DNA of 63,937 bases, filler included, from Choristocarpus tenellus KU-1152 (lineage: Eukaryota; Protista; Phaeophyceae), in NCBI GenBank assembly GCA_964200185.2. It is 7 parts of 7 records of this genome, joined end to end, with 100 filler letters (N's around TTAATTAATTAA, not from the genome) between each part and the next. Parts side by side here need not be neighbours in the genome. Positions count along the whole stretch, not along the records: positions 13,748 to 40,858 come from CAXNAD020000152.1; positions 40,959 to 46,120 come from CAXNAD020011657.1; positions 46,221 to 61,159 come from CAXNAD020001092.1; 4 more parts are not named here. One strand, given 5' to 3'. The notes under the pieces were generated by a model. It was not told the origin of the DNA, did not search any database, and was given only the letters and a program-made list of their open reading frames with translations. The translations under genes were made by a program, and so were the position numbers. Numbering within the stretch: the stretch's first letter is position 1; every line of letters begins with the position of its first letter. Shown in pieces: positions 40,080-53,800 of this stretch.

Positions 40080-40858
40080 GTATGTTGATGGAGATGAGAA
40101 GGGAGAAGGGATTGGTGAGAGTGTCAATGGGGAGGCGGGGAGGGATGGAATGTTTGGAGATAAGAGTGTAATATGCGTAGTGGTGGTGACACTGTGGTTG
40201 AAGGGTTTCTGTTGTTGGCTTGGGACTGTGGACTGCTTTTTTGTATGGGTTATCTGTTGTTAATTCCTCCAGGTACGAATGAATAGTGTTTGTTGATATG
40301 GTTCCTTTTCATTCCAAAAATACTAAAAAGGCTTTAAATATTTGGTCAACCGATTCTCTTTCACCTTTCAAGCAACTCTTGTTTTTATTATTATTAGTAT
40401 CATTAGCATTATTTATTTATTTTTTTGCATGTCGATAAGAAAATAAAAACGTTTTTCTTGTTGTTCAGCTTTTTCAACGGGGGGGACGTAATTAGCATCG
40501 GGGCTATTAAACAAAGTTGGCAGTACATTGTGTTTGTGAGACAAATCAACAACGGTATAATGGGTGTGGGTTATACCATCAGCGATATACCTCATACCGA
40601 TACACCATCTACCTGCTGACACCCTCCTGTTCTTCATCCCCGCCAATCTCTGATTTCTCAGGGAAACGATCGGGCTGCTGCTTTTTGTAGTCCCTCTTCA
40701 CGTCCCTCTTTTTTTAAACCTTTTGTCGGAAAACTGGACTTGGCAAGAAGCCGTACAACAGTGCTCTCATTTTTTGGATTCATACGTCGCAATTTTCATA
40801 TTTTGATCGTAATTTTTTTTTGTATCTGTTACTCACGTGCACAGGAGGGGGGGAGGGG

Positions 40859-40958
40859 NNNNNNNNNNNNNNNNNNNNNNNNNNNNNNNNNNNNNNNNNN
40901 NNTTAATTAATTAANNNNNNNNNNNNNNNNNNNNNNNNNNNNNNNNNNNNNNNNNNNN
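40859..40958. other. Artificial contig linker
   Basis: N44-TTAATTAATTAA-N44. Confidence 0.97.
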
Positions 40959-41063
40959 TCTCGTCACTGACTGCCCCACCCTCACCCCCCACCTTGCCCC
41001 ACCCCAACCTCTCCCCCACCACTATAAACACTGCTGTCTTCTACTTACTTACCTTCGGCTCAC

Positions 41064-44000
41064 CTTTCACCACCACCATTTACTGCCGCCTGAGCAAGTC
41101 TACATAAACCTCTCTCAGCTGCAACTCTTGCCTCCACATCCACATTTTTCATCTCCAAATCTCCTTTGAAACCTGACTCTTCCCCCTGCTGACCCTGCTC
41201 AGTCACCCCCCTGCTTCCCCCCCCCACAACAGGGAGAGTTCCTACTCCTTTCAGGCGTTTTTCTCCCCCGCCGGCTATGTTGCTGCTTCCACCCGACTGC
41301 ACACTATTTGTACATTGTTTTTCTTCTGCAGTACCTGTATGAATAGTAGAGGCATCTCTGCCCGTGGAAGGGTAGGAACACCCCACCTTTGCAATTATAT
41401 CTGATAGCCAAGGAAAGGCTTCTTCCCTCACTGCACTGGTAGTGTGCTCAAGGCCCAGGCAGTAGCTTTCATGTGGGGAAGAAGAAGAACATTTGGGGTT
41501 TCCATGTGCAGGCGTGCGTTTTTAAAGGGTGAAGGTAAGACAGTCTGTTAGTGAGCAGAAGGGGGTCTAGAGCATGGTGCGAGGGGAGGGGGGGGAGAGG
41601 GCCAGGGTCACTGTGTGTGTCTGTGCCTGTGTCTGTGGCAGAATTGAACTGAATGAGAGAACTGTGTATGGGGAGTGTGTCATGCATTCAAAATATACTC
41701 AGGCATTGAAAAGTCTGAAGTCAAATATATGGATCTTGATGTCATATTAAATATATATATAGTGTTGGATTACTACGCCATCAACGGACACAATCAGCTC
41801 TCATAATATATTTCATACATGCAATCATCGTCCAGAAAGAAATTATGTGGAAAAGAAAAAAGATCCTGAAATTGAAAAAGCAGATTTGAGCTCACAGCGA
41901 TTCACCTCCAAATCAAAAACAAAAACAAACAAGAAATTTTATCCCCAATTCCTACCACATGCTCCGCACCAGTTCAGTATAGGGCTCTATATTGAAAGCA
42001 CAAATCGCACACCGGTCCCAAACAAAAGGCGTCTTCACTACATCGGGCTTTCGAAAAAGCCTCTTTCAAAACTAGAAAACCAAGGACCAGAAGTTTTCCG
42101 CTCACCCACGCACGGAATCCTTTATTCTTTTCAATGGGTAAGCAATTAACTACACACTGCTGTGGATAGATCTGTTCAGTTGTTTCGGGAAGGGCAAACC
42201 TCGCTATGGGATACATGATGACATTGCCACACAACATAACAAACTACTTCCAACAAAACTCAACACACGTAGGGGACTTCTCCACAATAAATACATACAT
42301 ACATACATACATACATACATACATACATAATACATACATAATACATACATAATAAAATTTTAGCATACGTGAATCATTTTTTTTACAAACAAATAAAAAA
42401 TAAAAATACATGTTCTCCGGAGTACACAGTAAGAGATATGCCAAACACGCAGCTCTAACGGCATGGGGGTGAGAAGTGGCATGCGAAGATCACCCTCCCA
42501 CCCAGGCGAGCAAACAAACAGCAACGGGGCCCACCTTACTAGTGGCGAGGGCACAGTGAGGGGAGCAAGGTGCCTATCCAGTGCCCGAACCAGTCTTCTG
42601 TAAAAGTCCAGGCTTAGAGCAACGGAGTGCTCCGTCTCATCAACCCTGCTACTACCCATCACGAGAGACACATGGAGGAGGCCCCAGGTCTCCTCCATCT
42701 GGAAAACAGTTGAGGATATTTTGGGAACGGAATCGTTCACATGTACGAACTCATAGTCTCCTAAGACGCCAGCTGAGGTCATGACACACTCCACAGAGTA
42801 GTTGGGGAGGTGGGGAGATCTGCGTAACTGACAATCCTCAAGTTTTTTCTGATGGGTATACAGATACATATATATACAAGAAAAAAGATGGTTCTACATA
42901 GCATAGGGCACCAAAGCAGCGCTAGAACAGGACTGCTTTGCATTCGCAATGTCAATCAGGGCTTACCCAATTGCTTGCCACCAAGCTACTCCCTTCCCTC
43001 CCTCTCAAGATTCATGCCCCACCTCTTCATCTCGTGCCCCACCCGATAGCCTAGTAGTGGCAGCAACCTCGGCCTTTACACTTGGCAGGTTAGAATGTAA
43101 TGGCTTTGACAGCGGTGATGGCATCTGCTGGCCCTTCTCCTCCTCCTCCTCCTCCTTGTTGCGTCCAAAGGGTTCGTCCCACCCTCCAAGCGCCTCAAAC
43201 GGTCGAGTTTTTTCAGGGAGAGAGATTGCAGCTGCCACGGCTGAGGCTGCAATGAGGTAGGTCTCGCTTGTACTAAGGGCATACTTGTGGAACTCAAAGA
43301 GGGGGCTACCGATCATGGGTGTGGGTGGGAGAGAGCACCAAAAGGAAGGACAGGGATACATGGCTTCAGTGTGGTACAAGTCTTTCAGAGGGGAACTCTT
43401 GGCAAATGATCTTTGCATCCACAAGAAGCCTTTGTTGCTGAAGCAGCATGGCTTAACCATGCGGACTACTAATATACTGTGGATACCCAAATCTGCTTCT
43501 GTAGGCAGTATAATGCAACGCAATCATTCTCATATGGTGAGTACCCCAGAGTAAAATAATTCTATTATGCACAAGCGAAGAACCAAATTGTTGGGTCCAG
43601 GGTGGGGGAGGAAGAGAGGATGCATGGCACATGTTTTGTGATGAGAACCCTTGTGCACACAAGCTAATATACCACTCAATAGTGTGCATTGATAATACAC
43701 CCATGAGCATCCCACCCCTCAAAGCAGATAACCTGCAATCTCAGAGTCAACATCAGAAGCAAAAGGTGGCTCTTAGGCTTCCACAGGGTCTCTAGTCATA
43801 GGACAGGAAAAAAAACAGTTTCAATTTGCTTCACATGTGTACCGAACTGAATGTCTACGACACTCTTTTGGTTGCAGTGTGCTGTACTTCCCTCTCCCAC
43901 AAAAGGATCCAGAGTCACAGAAAAAAGACAACAGAGTAGGATGTATCTAACCAAGAGCTAATATTTGGACTCTAAAACTTCAGCGCCTTCCAGATCATTG

Positions 44001-45366
44001 GCCCAACAAGCATCCAGATCTAGGGAGTACAATTGCCAAAGTATTTCAGTAATAACTTCTCCCACACCACCACAAGCATGGAAAGAAAAAAACTCAAAGA
44101 AATATGACACAAAGCTCAAATGACTATGCAGTAGAGCTAATGCAGTCAAATTCTTAGTCTTTCCTCTCACCCAACCCACACATTTGGACCACTATTCCAG
44201 AACCCAAATGATACCTTGGTAAAGAGGTATAGCCTAAGACCCTCTACTCATCCAATGAGGCATGGTATTTGACCTCTGCAGCAATACAGTATACCGGTCT
44301 CAGCCCCAACAAGTTTCTCGAGGTATGAAGGAGTACCTGGTGATATTCTATCCCTCCCCCTTACCTGCCCTCTGCCTCATGAGCCATGCAGATGAGGTTA
44401 TGTCCTGCAGCTATTGCCTGCCTCCTGCAACCGTCACAGCAATAAATATCATCGCACCGCCCCACTTCCACACACCGACACGGTCCGTTTGTGCTGTCAG
44501 TTTTATCTTTCAAATTGCTACCGAGATAATTGCCTTTGCCGGGCTTCTTGGCCCCCATCTTAAGGTCGGGGAGACCCGGGAGATTATGAGGATCGGCCGT
44601 GGCAATATCGGTACGGAGGCTCCTGAACTTCCCTTTCGTTAAGCCTCTAGTCCTGCCCTCACTTTCGTCGTTGCCCCTGCTGCCGCTACTCTGACCTCGG
44701 TTGGAGAGGGCGCCTTCGAGCATGGCAAGCTGCGTGACTGGTGTCCCGATAAAGCGATGGCAGTTCGCACAGGTTAAGATCTGCAAAAAGAGAGAGTTAG
44801 AAGTGAACAAAAGTTGACGATGAGTAAGGTACTTCAGTATGGAAATACGTACCAAAAGTGGATCAGGACTGAACAGAGACATGACTGTCCCCGAGAGGTT
44901 CTGCATGATGTCATACAGGATAATGAGATGATCAATAGAAGGGCAAGGGCAGGTCTTTCGCAGGGATCAGAGGCAATTTCCACCATTATCACTAGCGCAT
45001 AGGTAACGGTCCTCATCTGTTGAAGACATGCAAGGTATCGAGCAGGTGAGTCGTTAGCTCAGGACCTCACCTGCTTCCTGTTGGCAAGGGTCTGATGCAC
45101 GAACAATGGAACACTAACAGCAGCTATCTCACCCTTTTTGGCTCCCCTGAGTGAAAATACCTGGCAAGGACGGTGACAAGGATGAAATTCAAACGATGTT
45201 GTGGTTGGTGCTCAAGTTGTTCTATAGAGGTCAAGGTTTCAGGAGCTTGAGGGCTATAAAGTACTACCTAACACTTATATTTTCAGACACTCACCGACAA
45301 TGACTTTATTGCCGACGGACAAGGCTCACACAGAAGGGATGAGTCAGCTGGTAGATGTTGAGCCAT
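41064..45366 (-). CDS. SET-MYND protein of ATXR2/SMYD5 type; 3'-truncated by contig end
   Basis: Exons 45366-45295, 45160-45071 (VFSLRGAKKGEIAAVSVPLFVHQ), 44780-44365 (CANCHRFIG...CDDIYCCDGCRRQAIAAGHNLIC), 43305-43023 (SPLFEFHKYALSTSETYLIAA), 42698-42535 and 41465-41064. Phases are consistent. Confidence 0.75.
42291..42350 (+). repeat. (ACAT)n microsatellite
   Basis: atacatacatacat..., inside an intron of the SET-MYND gene. Confidence 0.9.
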
Positions 45367-46055
45367 GATGAGGGTCACAGAGTAGCTCATTAGTGTTGTA
45401 TTGTGAAAGAGAGCCAGTGCCATGCTATTTTTATTAGGTGATAACCTTGATATTTTATTATTACTGGGATATTACTGCTGTTAGTATATTTTATTGTCAA
45501 GAAATTACTACCATTCCTAGTGACAGTGCACATGATCTACTTCTCACACTACTCTTCTGTCAGTTTTGTAGAGTATAATATGTTGTAACTCCCTCCATTC
45601 CTGCCTTCCTTCTCCCTCCTAGGGTTCACCATTCCCATCACTCATCTCTCCGTCTCCTCCCTAGAAGCTCCTCCTGTTCCCGTCCCTTAAAGTTTCCACC
45701 TTGATCTTCACCTGGCGTTTTGTAGTAGGGTACAGGCAGGATCTTACAGATGGACAATCCTTTGTCCTTGCCACGTGGAATTAGAATAATCGAAACCAGA
45801 TATCCTTGAAAACAAATCTGGCGTAGAAGGGGTTCCAATCCGGTGAATTAATGCAGGTAGATAATGTCTTGAGGATGCCCATAATACTTCTAAATGGAGA
45901 AAATAAGGTGTTCCCTAGGAAACTTGTGTCTTGTTGAGGGGAATAAGTATGTTGTGAAGTGATGGTTAAAGAAAATATACTAAAGTTGAAGTTAGAAAAG
46001 AGTTAGAGTATAGCGGGAGAGTGCCAAGGAAGTACAACATTCGGAAAGTAGAGAG

Positions 46056-46120
46056 AACAGCCTCTCACCAAAATTGAGGATGGAGCATACTATGGAGGAT
46101 GGGTTTGACCCAAAATGGTG
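46056..46120 (+). mobile_element. Foldback family C, left arm truncated at contig end
   Basis: aacagcc...aaattgaggatgga...gaggatgggtttgacccaaaat matches 34514-34575. Confidence 0.7.
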
Positions 46121-46220
46121 NNNNNNNNNNNNNNNNNNNNNNNNNNNNNNNNNNNNNNNNNNNNTTAATTAATTAANNNNNNNNNNNNNNNNNNNNNNNN
46201 NNNNNNNNNNNNNNNNNNNN
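46121..46220. other. Artificial contig linker
   Basis: N44-TTAATTAATTAA-N44. Confidence 0.97.
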
Positions 46221-46648
46221 TCCTCTTGTGAGGTGGAAGCTCGCTGTCTTGGGGGGGGGGGGGTTCTATTAGTCTATTCAGACTACCAATATGGGTAGGT
46301 GTGTTAGTTCAAGGTTAGATCGGTTCATAGTGGAAGTGCTGTGTTAATTTTTTTTTTTAGTTAGTTTAGCATGTACCTGTGCTGGTTGTGCCTAAACACT
46401 CTTTAATTGGCATGCATGGAACAGGTCGACGATGGATAGGGGTGTGAGCAAGTCGACGATGGATTGCAAACCTGATTCTTCAGTGCACAGCACATTGTTG
46501 TTTTTCCTCACCCAGTACTCAACAGAGAAAGGCAACACATTTGTTTTGTGAGGTGCCAGAAGAGATACGCTAGCTTGTGTCTCTGTATTACAACAGAGAA
46601 AGGCAACACCTAAACATTTTCTTTCATTCATTGCTCTCTGTATTGCAG

Positions 46649-48175
46649 CACAACTTGCTGGGCATGGCAGCTGTTGCTCAGCTTGAAAAGGACCCCAAAT
46701 TTGCTGCTGTTTATCAGCTGCTGCATATATTTTCTGTGGAGAAGCTTGATGCCTACATGGCATTCCACAAGGTAATTGCAGCCATTCATTCAAAAGTGTT
46801 CCAGAAATATATGAAAGTTGAGGTCAAAATGGGTAATTTGAACATCTGAAGAGTGAACCTTAACTTTGAGTATATGAAGGTGTGGGAAATTGAGATGTCT
46901 TTCACTCTACAACTATTTATGACACTGCCGTAACTATGGATCTTTTTATTCATTCCCTAGCCCTTCCTCTGTGAAGTGACCAAAGGTAGTTGTTAGTCTT
47001 GGTTTGGTTTCTGTTCTTGCTTCATTAATTTTGGTTGCCTGTTGACCATACTATATGATCTATCAATTTATGATATAATTTATCGATTTATGATACGATT
47101 TATGATTTATGTATTTATGATATGATATAACAGCAACATGGGGTAACTCTTGCGGAGAACAAGATTGACCATGACAGCTGCGTCTCCAGCATGCGGCTAC
47201 TTTCCCTGTGCTCCCTAGCAACAGAGCATGAGGAAATTCCATACCAGGTGAAGAGACTACTCAGTGAATGCCATGACTTAGTCATATGGACACTGTACTA
47301 CAAATCTATTAGTTGTTACTGCACCTGCATGGCAGAGAGTGCCTGGAATTGGATGGCAAGGGTCTATTATTTAAGCATGTATTACTATTGACTTGCTTTT
47401 GCTATTAAGGTCACAGTTAGCCTTTATTGCAATCTCTTTAAACACCATTGAAATGTGTATGACAACATCAGTTGTGTTCGGTACATTTTTGATCTGCTGT
47501 AGATTGTTGCAGAAACACTTCAACTGGAGGGCGATGAGGAGGTTGAGGAGTGGGTGCTGAGGTGCATACAGACTGGGTTGATGGAGGCAAAGATGGATCA
47601 GATGCAGAGGGTTGTGGTAATCAGTCGATGCACAAACCGTGTGTTTGGACCTGAGCAGTGGAAGGTGCGAATGTCATGTCTGTTGCATGTGGTTTATCAG
47701 GTGGTTTATCAAGAATGAAGTTGAGAGGCGATGAATACCATCATCTACTAGTGGTGCAGTTGTACTGGGGGTACATTAATTTGTACTGTAGGTGTTTATG
47801 GGTGGTTATTATTATTATTATTTTCAAGGATAGTAATTGTGAAATACATGGCAATATATACCTGCATCCTGGCAGGTACAGCACCGAAATATTTTGATTT
47901 TAGTAATAATACTGCAAATAGTATGCTGTATTGCTTCAGTATGAAGACGTTGTGTGACTGCAATGTAGGTGATGTCCAGGTAATGAATGTGTGGATGTCA
48001 CACTTGTTATTGTATAATGTCCACCCCTCTTGCAATAACAATGACATCAATAACAATAACAATAATAACCATAACATCAATGACAATAACACAGACGCTG
48101 CAAAAGAAGTTGAAGGCCTGGAGTTCAAATGTCAATCAGCTCCTGACTGCCATAACAAAGAGCAATGAGAGGTGA
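46649..48175 (+). CDS. EIF3M: Translation initiation factor 3 subunit M (PCI domain), 3' exons
   Basis: Exons 46649-46771 (NLLGMAAVAQLE...YQLLHIF), 47134-47247 (MRLLSLCSLATEHEEIPY), 47503-47664 (EEVEEWVLRCIQTGLMEAKMDQ...RVFGPEQW) and 48095-48175 (LQKKLKAWSSNV). Confidence 0.9.
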
Positions 48176-50820
48176 GAGAGGGAGAGATACATATCGTGTT
48201 GGGAGAGAATGTTTTTGCTTCAAGGAGCAGCCCTTTTCTTTGTTGGATATTACAAATAGATGCATACACAAAGCTTCACGGTTGGTCTTGTTATCTCCTG
48301 TCTGTCACTATCAAAAACTGTAAGCACCATGATCCATCCCGTTGGTTGTGATCAATGCAACAGGAGGGGGTTGTGTGTTACATGTCACACTCAGGCTGTG
48401 AGGATTACTTCATTACTGTGCTTATTTTGGTACCCTGCTTGATTATTGATCTTTGACTCAATGTTGATCTCCTTCACCCTGCAGTGATAATAGTATATAC
48501 CGACTTATAGTGTACATTGAGATTTCTTGTTCAACTCCATAGAGTAGAAACAACTCCAAGTGTTGCGTCTGTTGTGGCCAATAAAACTTAGGCCCAGGTT
48601 CCTTTTCGCCAGGAATGTTTCCCATCAAAGTTGTGGTCAGTGTGAGTGCTCAACTTGCATTAACTTGTGTCAACTTCCATTTTTGAGTATTGTGCTGGTC
48701 CATGTGTGACAGACCTCACCTTACACACTTGCAAAAATAAAACTGTTTTTAAGAAGTAGCAGTGCAAAAATGACAGGCTTAAGACTTGTCTCCAGCCATA
48801 AGACTTGTCTCCAATAACAAGTGTGGTGCACTAAATAACAAATACGCATGGATAGAATATCAGGTTTTTGAAATACTCTCACAGATTTCAAGAGCCAGTG
48901 ATGCTCAGTGACCTGATCTGTTCAAGTGTTCTTAGTTGAGTGGCTCGTGAACAGCAACTTCATTATAGGCATATGGCAGATACAACCCTGAAGTTGGACT
49001 GTGCACACCCCTCATATGATAGGTAACTATTGATGTAAAGTATTGATGTAAATTGTCAAAAAAACGCAGGAGGGGGAAAAGAAAATGTGTGTGAAGGGTG
49101 GCATTTCATTGAAGCACGTAAGGTAACATTTGCTCAAAAGAATGCTAAGTTATCAGTGAGGGCAAGCTACATAGGAAATCTTGTAAATATTGTACAACAA
49201 GCTTCCCATTGCACAAGTTATTAGGACCTTGGTAAACAGAATAACAAATGCTAAATTGTCTGTTTTACATATCCTACTATTTGTTTATGCTCGATGCAAC
49301 CTGTGATGCTACTTCTTTTGTGTTGGACAGGTACCATCAACAAGCTCTGATGAAGGATGACCGAGACTAGGAGTTGAGTTACTGAGTGTTAATGGCAGGC
49401 AGCATGAGAGCATACGGTTTCTTGTTTCTTTTTGGTAGTTTGGGGTCTTTATTTGTAATATGTGCAAACATAAAAAAGAGACCTCAGAAAATGTCTTTAA
49501 AATTGTGTTGGAGAGTCACACTATTTATCACCCCATCATACTCAAACACCACTCATGGTTTGTTTCACTGTAGAGTTTATTAATAATTGCATCACAATTG
49601 CTATGTACTCTACAAATTTACTACATATTATTCAAGGGCAAGTTGTGGTGTGGTCATTTCAAACAAACCTCACATATCTTTGCTGGATTCATGAGAGCCT
49701 ACAAGGTATGTATTCATTATGCTTTTTGGACCTACTATTACTGTATTACCCTATCTACAGATAGGTGTATCTATCTTGTCAACATTTGTCCTGTACTTGA
49801 CTTGCATCATCACTAGCGCCTATCATCTGGTCCAGGAAACCAAACTTCCTACATGCAATCCACATCTGTATGTGACCAAAATTGAAATAAACCTTGATAT
49901 ATTTTTCCTTGTATATTAATGTTCTGTTGTAAACATCTCAACAGAAGAAAAAACATTTGGAATCAAACCTTATGTAACCAAATTGTATGGTCACATTCCT
50001 AACTTAGGCATACACACACATAGGCATGGATTTGACTACTGATTGAGAGGTCTTGGTCTGCTGTGTACCTGAACACTACTTAGTTGAACCCTTCAAAACC
50101 TTGAGGAAGAGGTGGCTGATATCAATTCCTTTTTCTTAGCGTAAGGGGGTGCATTCAGGGGGATTGCAGTAATTTTCTGTCAAACACAGGAATCAAATGA
50201 GATATGAGAGAGTATGCTCCACTCAACATTTATGAATTGACCTTTTTTTAAGCAGTGAAGTATTTTTAGTTGAGGTTTGTCGTCATAAATATATTTTGTG
50301 TAGAGTGTAGTGTGATCAGGTTTTTCCAAACGAACTGTATATGTTCTAAAAAACTTTGTAGGTGAGGGTTGCTCAGGTCTAGTTCAACAGTACCAACTCA
50401 AACATCAAAAACAATCAATTACTGTTACGCACTAAGGAGTCCTGGTAGGTATGGGATGTATCTTGTGTTATGTTTTGAATCGCACCAAAATCCAATTTGA
50501 TTTTCCTAACTGATGTCAACAAAAGTGTTTCACGATATCAAAAATTGGCTGTTTTTACTTGAGCACTCTCATGAGGTGTGTGTAGGTACTACGACTAGAT
50601 CCCAACCTGGGTTCGGGTTATATTATGTTCAATTCACACACACTATGCATATACATCACACATCTTCCATCCTCTCTTTCTCTTGGTGCTATATCCTCAT
50701 TCACACATCCCACCTCAAATATTTCTATTTCAACAAGCTGCTCTGAACTTAAGCTAATCTACAAGTACAAAGGGCTCCCTATCCCTAGAGGAGACAACAC
50801 TGGTTTGAACCCCTCAAGTC

Positions 50821-53800
50821 TCATGTCTCTGAGAAGATCCGCAGGGGATGCGCTTCTGTGTTAAAGACTACTTTGGTAAGGTCAACAATATGGTCAGGGT
50901 CCTGAATGAGGAAGAGATATTTGAGAGTCTCTGCCAGGAAGAAAGATTCCAAGTTGTCCTCTGCCCTTGCACTTGGGTTGTTGACATCAGGGTGACTGCC
51001 ATACCCATTTGGTGTCTTGCAGTGCTTCTCAATTGCCTGGAGGAATGGAGACGGGTGTGGGGAGGGATCCATTTATTGACTGTATATCCTTCACAAGATC
51101 AACTGCATAATGATCAAAAAGGTCTCCTGTCTGTGGGGCTGACACAAAAACCAATCTATTGAGCAATGAACGGTAGAAATGTTAGCCAGGTGTACATGTA
51201 CATGTCAAAAGGAACAATCCACAAAATCACTGGATAGTGTAGAGGACACAATTTGTTCATCATGAGTAGGGAGGTATAACAAACGGCATAGTGTAACAAC
51301 AGCAATAGCAGGGTGTTGAATGATGCTCTGGTAACAGATCTGATACCATACTGGAAAATATTGTAATGGGTTGTGTCAGTCAGGGAAGGTGCCATGACCG
51401 CAGGTTGTGCCTTCATAAATTGATACTTCTGTTGTGAATTAAAAGTAACGTAACTTCTCCAAGAGTTCTCTTACCCATGTTCATATTTTCTGGGTGTACT
51501 GTGTAGACACTAAAACTTTGCCCACCAAAATCTCAACCAAATTGGGGCAGCCTTAACCTATCTATGAAATTGCCCCTGAAGCCCTCCAAAATTCCATTTT
51601 ACCACAGTATTTTGTCGCATCCACTGGGCCATTCGAGGGGAGCATGTCCACCTTTTAGCACTTCCCTTGCCAAGATGGGAAATTTAGTGTCACCTTAGAC
51701 CCCAGCACTTCACTGTAGACTGCAAAGAGACTCTGCCAGACGCACTCTAGTGTCTAGCGGGGGGGTACACACATCAAACGCTTCCATTGTGACCTCCACC
51801 GCCACCTCTGTGTTGGGTCACCCCCATGTCTTCCCTCAGTTGTTTTATGGAATGAAATAGTCCCAGGTCATTGGTGATGAGGTCATGTGAGTTGGCTGGC
51901 TGGGTCTCTCTGACAATCTCATCCCCCACCACCTCCCGATTGCCTCCATGATCCCCCTTTACATCCTCTATCATAAACTATATGTACCTCTCCTCGTCCA
52001 CCATAGCTGGCACCAGCACCTTGGAGCGCTGAGTGACCTTAGTGTCCATGATTGACCAGATCCGGATTTTCCCATCGAACCACAGCTGCACGAAACACCA
52101 CCTTTGTAATGTATCGCTTATTCTGTGCCTGTGGGGGTTTGAGGGGGTCCTCAGTGGGATGCAGGTACACATCTTACTCATCTTTGATGAGGATGTGAAA
52201 CCACTTCTCATCCACATCCACCCAGTCAAATAGACACCTAATAATACCCCACTTCCCCTCCTGTGCGTTTAAATGATGATGAAACCTACCCTGTTGACTT
52301 TCTGCTGGTCTGAGAGGACTGGCTTAATCCACCACTTGATCTTCACCTTCTCAAGCTTGCACATATCCCACAACGAGGCGAAGGAGACCCCCGCTTTGGC
52401 TGCCCATTTGTGGAAGGATGTGTGGTATACTGATGAGATATCCCAAACGTCAAGGATACTTGTACGGTGGCCACATCGCGCCTTGTGACATCTTATACAA
52501 GGTCCACGCATTTACCCCGTGTGATCTGGCTGTTATACTCCTTCAGATGATAAAACACGACAATTCGGGAAATTTCAAAGTCCGCCACCATGGCCACCAC
52601 TTTTCCCTATGGCATCCAAGTCTCACATCCTCTCACCTACAGGCATCGTGCCACCACACTGTTCTTTGTTGGGGTGTTCAATCCCTGACCTCAGACAGAC
52701 TTCTGTGCTGAAGATAGAGTTGGGATCAGATTGGGATCAAGCTGCAATGGGTGATAACAGGATGAGCAAGCTGCTCAAACGATGGGGGGGGGGGGGGGGC
52801 TTTGTCCTAGGCATCCCAAGAAACACCCACTTTGACAGTTCCATGAGGTTTTTGAAGCCTGTCAAACACATCTAGGTCAACTTTGCACTGGTGATCCTCC
52901 ACAGTCACAACAGCACACCATATAAAACTTTGCATACCTCCTAATCTATATGAGAACTAAGCCTCGTCCAGAGGGTTTATCATGTGGATTGTTCCTGAGC
53001 GAGAACAATGCTTGCAAAAGTTATGTTACATTTAATTCCAAACGGATGAAGTATCATATGTTAATTCCTTTTGACCAGAGCACTGTAGCACCAGTGTCAG
53101 TGTTAACTTAATGTATTTACAGTTAAATGAATCACTTCGTTGTGAATCACTTCGTTGTGAATCACTTGATCTAATCTATAAGAGTAATCAAGCCATCTGA
53201 AGCCTTGTCGTATTTTGTTGTGCATACATGTTGTGCAAGTCCTTTTGGACTTACTTGCAGTGTTTCTCACAACCCTTTTGGGACACTCAGTACCTTGTGC
53301 TGTACACACGCTATAATTTACTCAATCAAGCATAAGAAGTCTTGAGTGGATTTAACAAACTATTGTTAGAGACAGAATTTAATTCATTGTTGTACAAACC
53401 TGAAATATACTCCAGCTCCATTCTCGGTAGATTGGATCACCCGTGATTTGGTGGAGAATAAAGAGTGACTCAGCTGTCTCTGGCCTCAGTTTATAGTACC
53501 CTGCATTTCCTGGCACCACCATATCCTGTCAATGACCAGGTACTGAAGGTTGGACTGGCTCACTACAATGCTACACAATTTAGGGTGGATTTGATCAATG
53601 TATCAATACAGCTTGGAACTTAGGCTGTGTTTCATACGATAACTTCCTATGATAATTTCCTATGATAATTTCCTATGATAAATTCATCCAATGTGGCACT
53701 TGCACCGTGAGAGTTTTTTGAAATAAAAATATAGTCAGTGCAACATACATCCTCAATATATGGTGGGTAGATAGAGTTGACACATAGAAAGAGCTTTCAG

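Noticed and set aside
47796-48168. Asn-rich and Leu-rich ORFs
   Set aside because: Translations of an intronic (AAT/AAC)n microsatellite preceding the last visible eIF3m exon.
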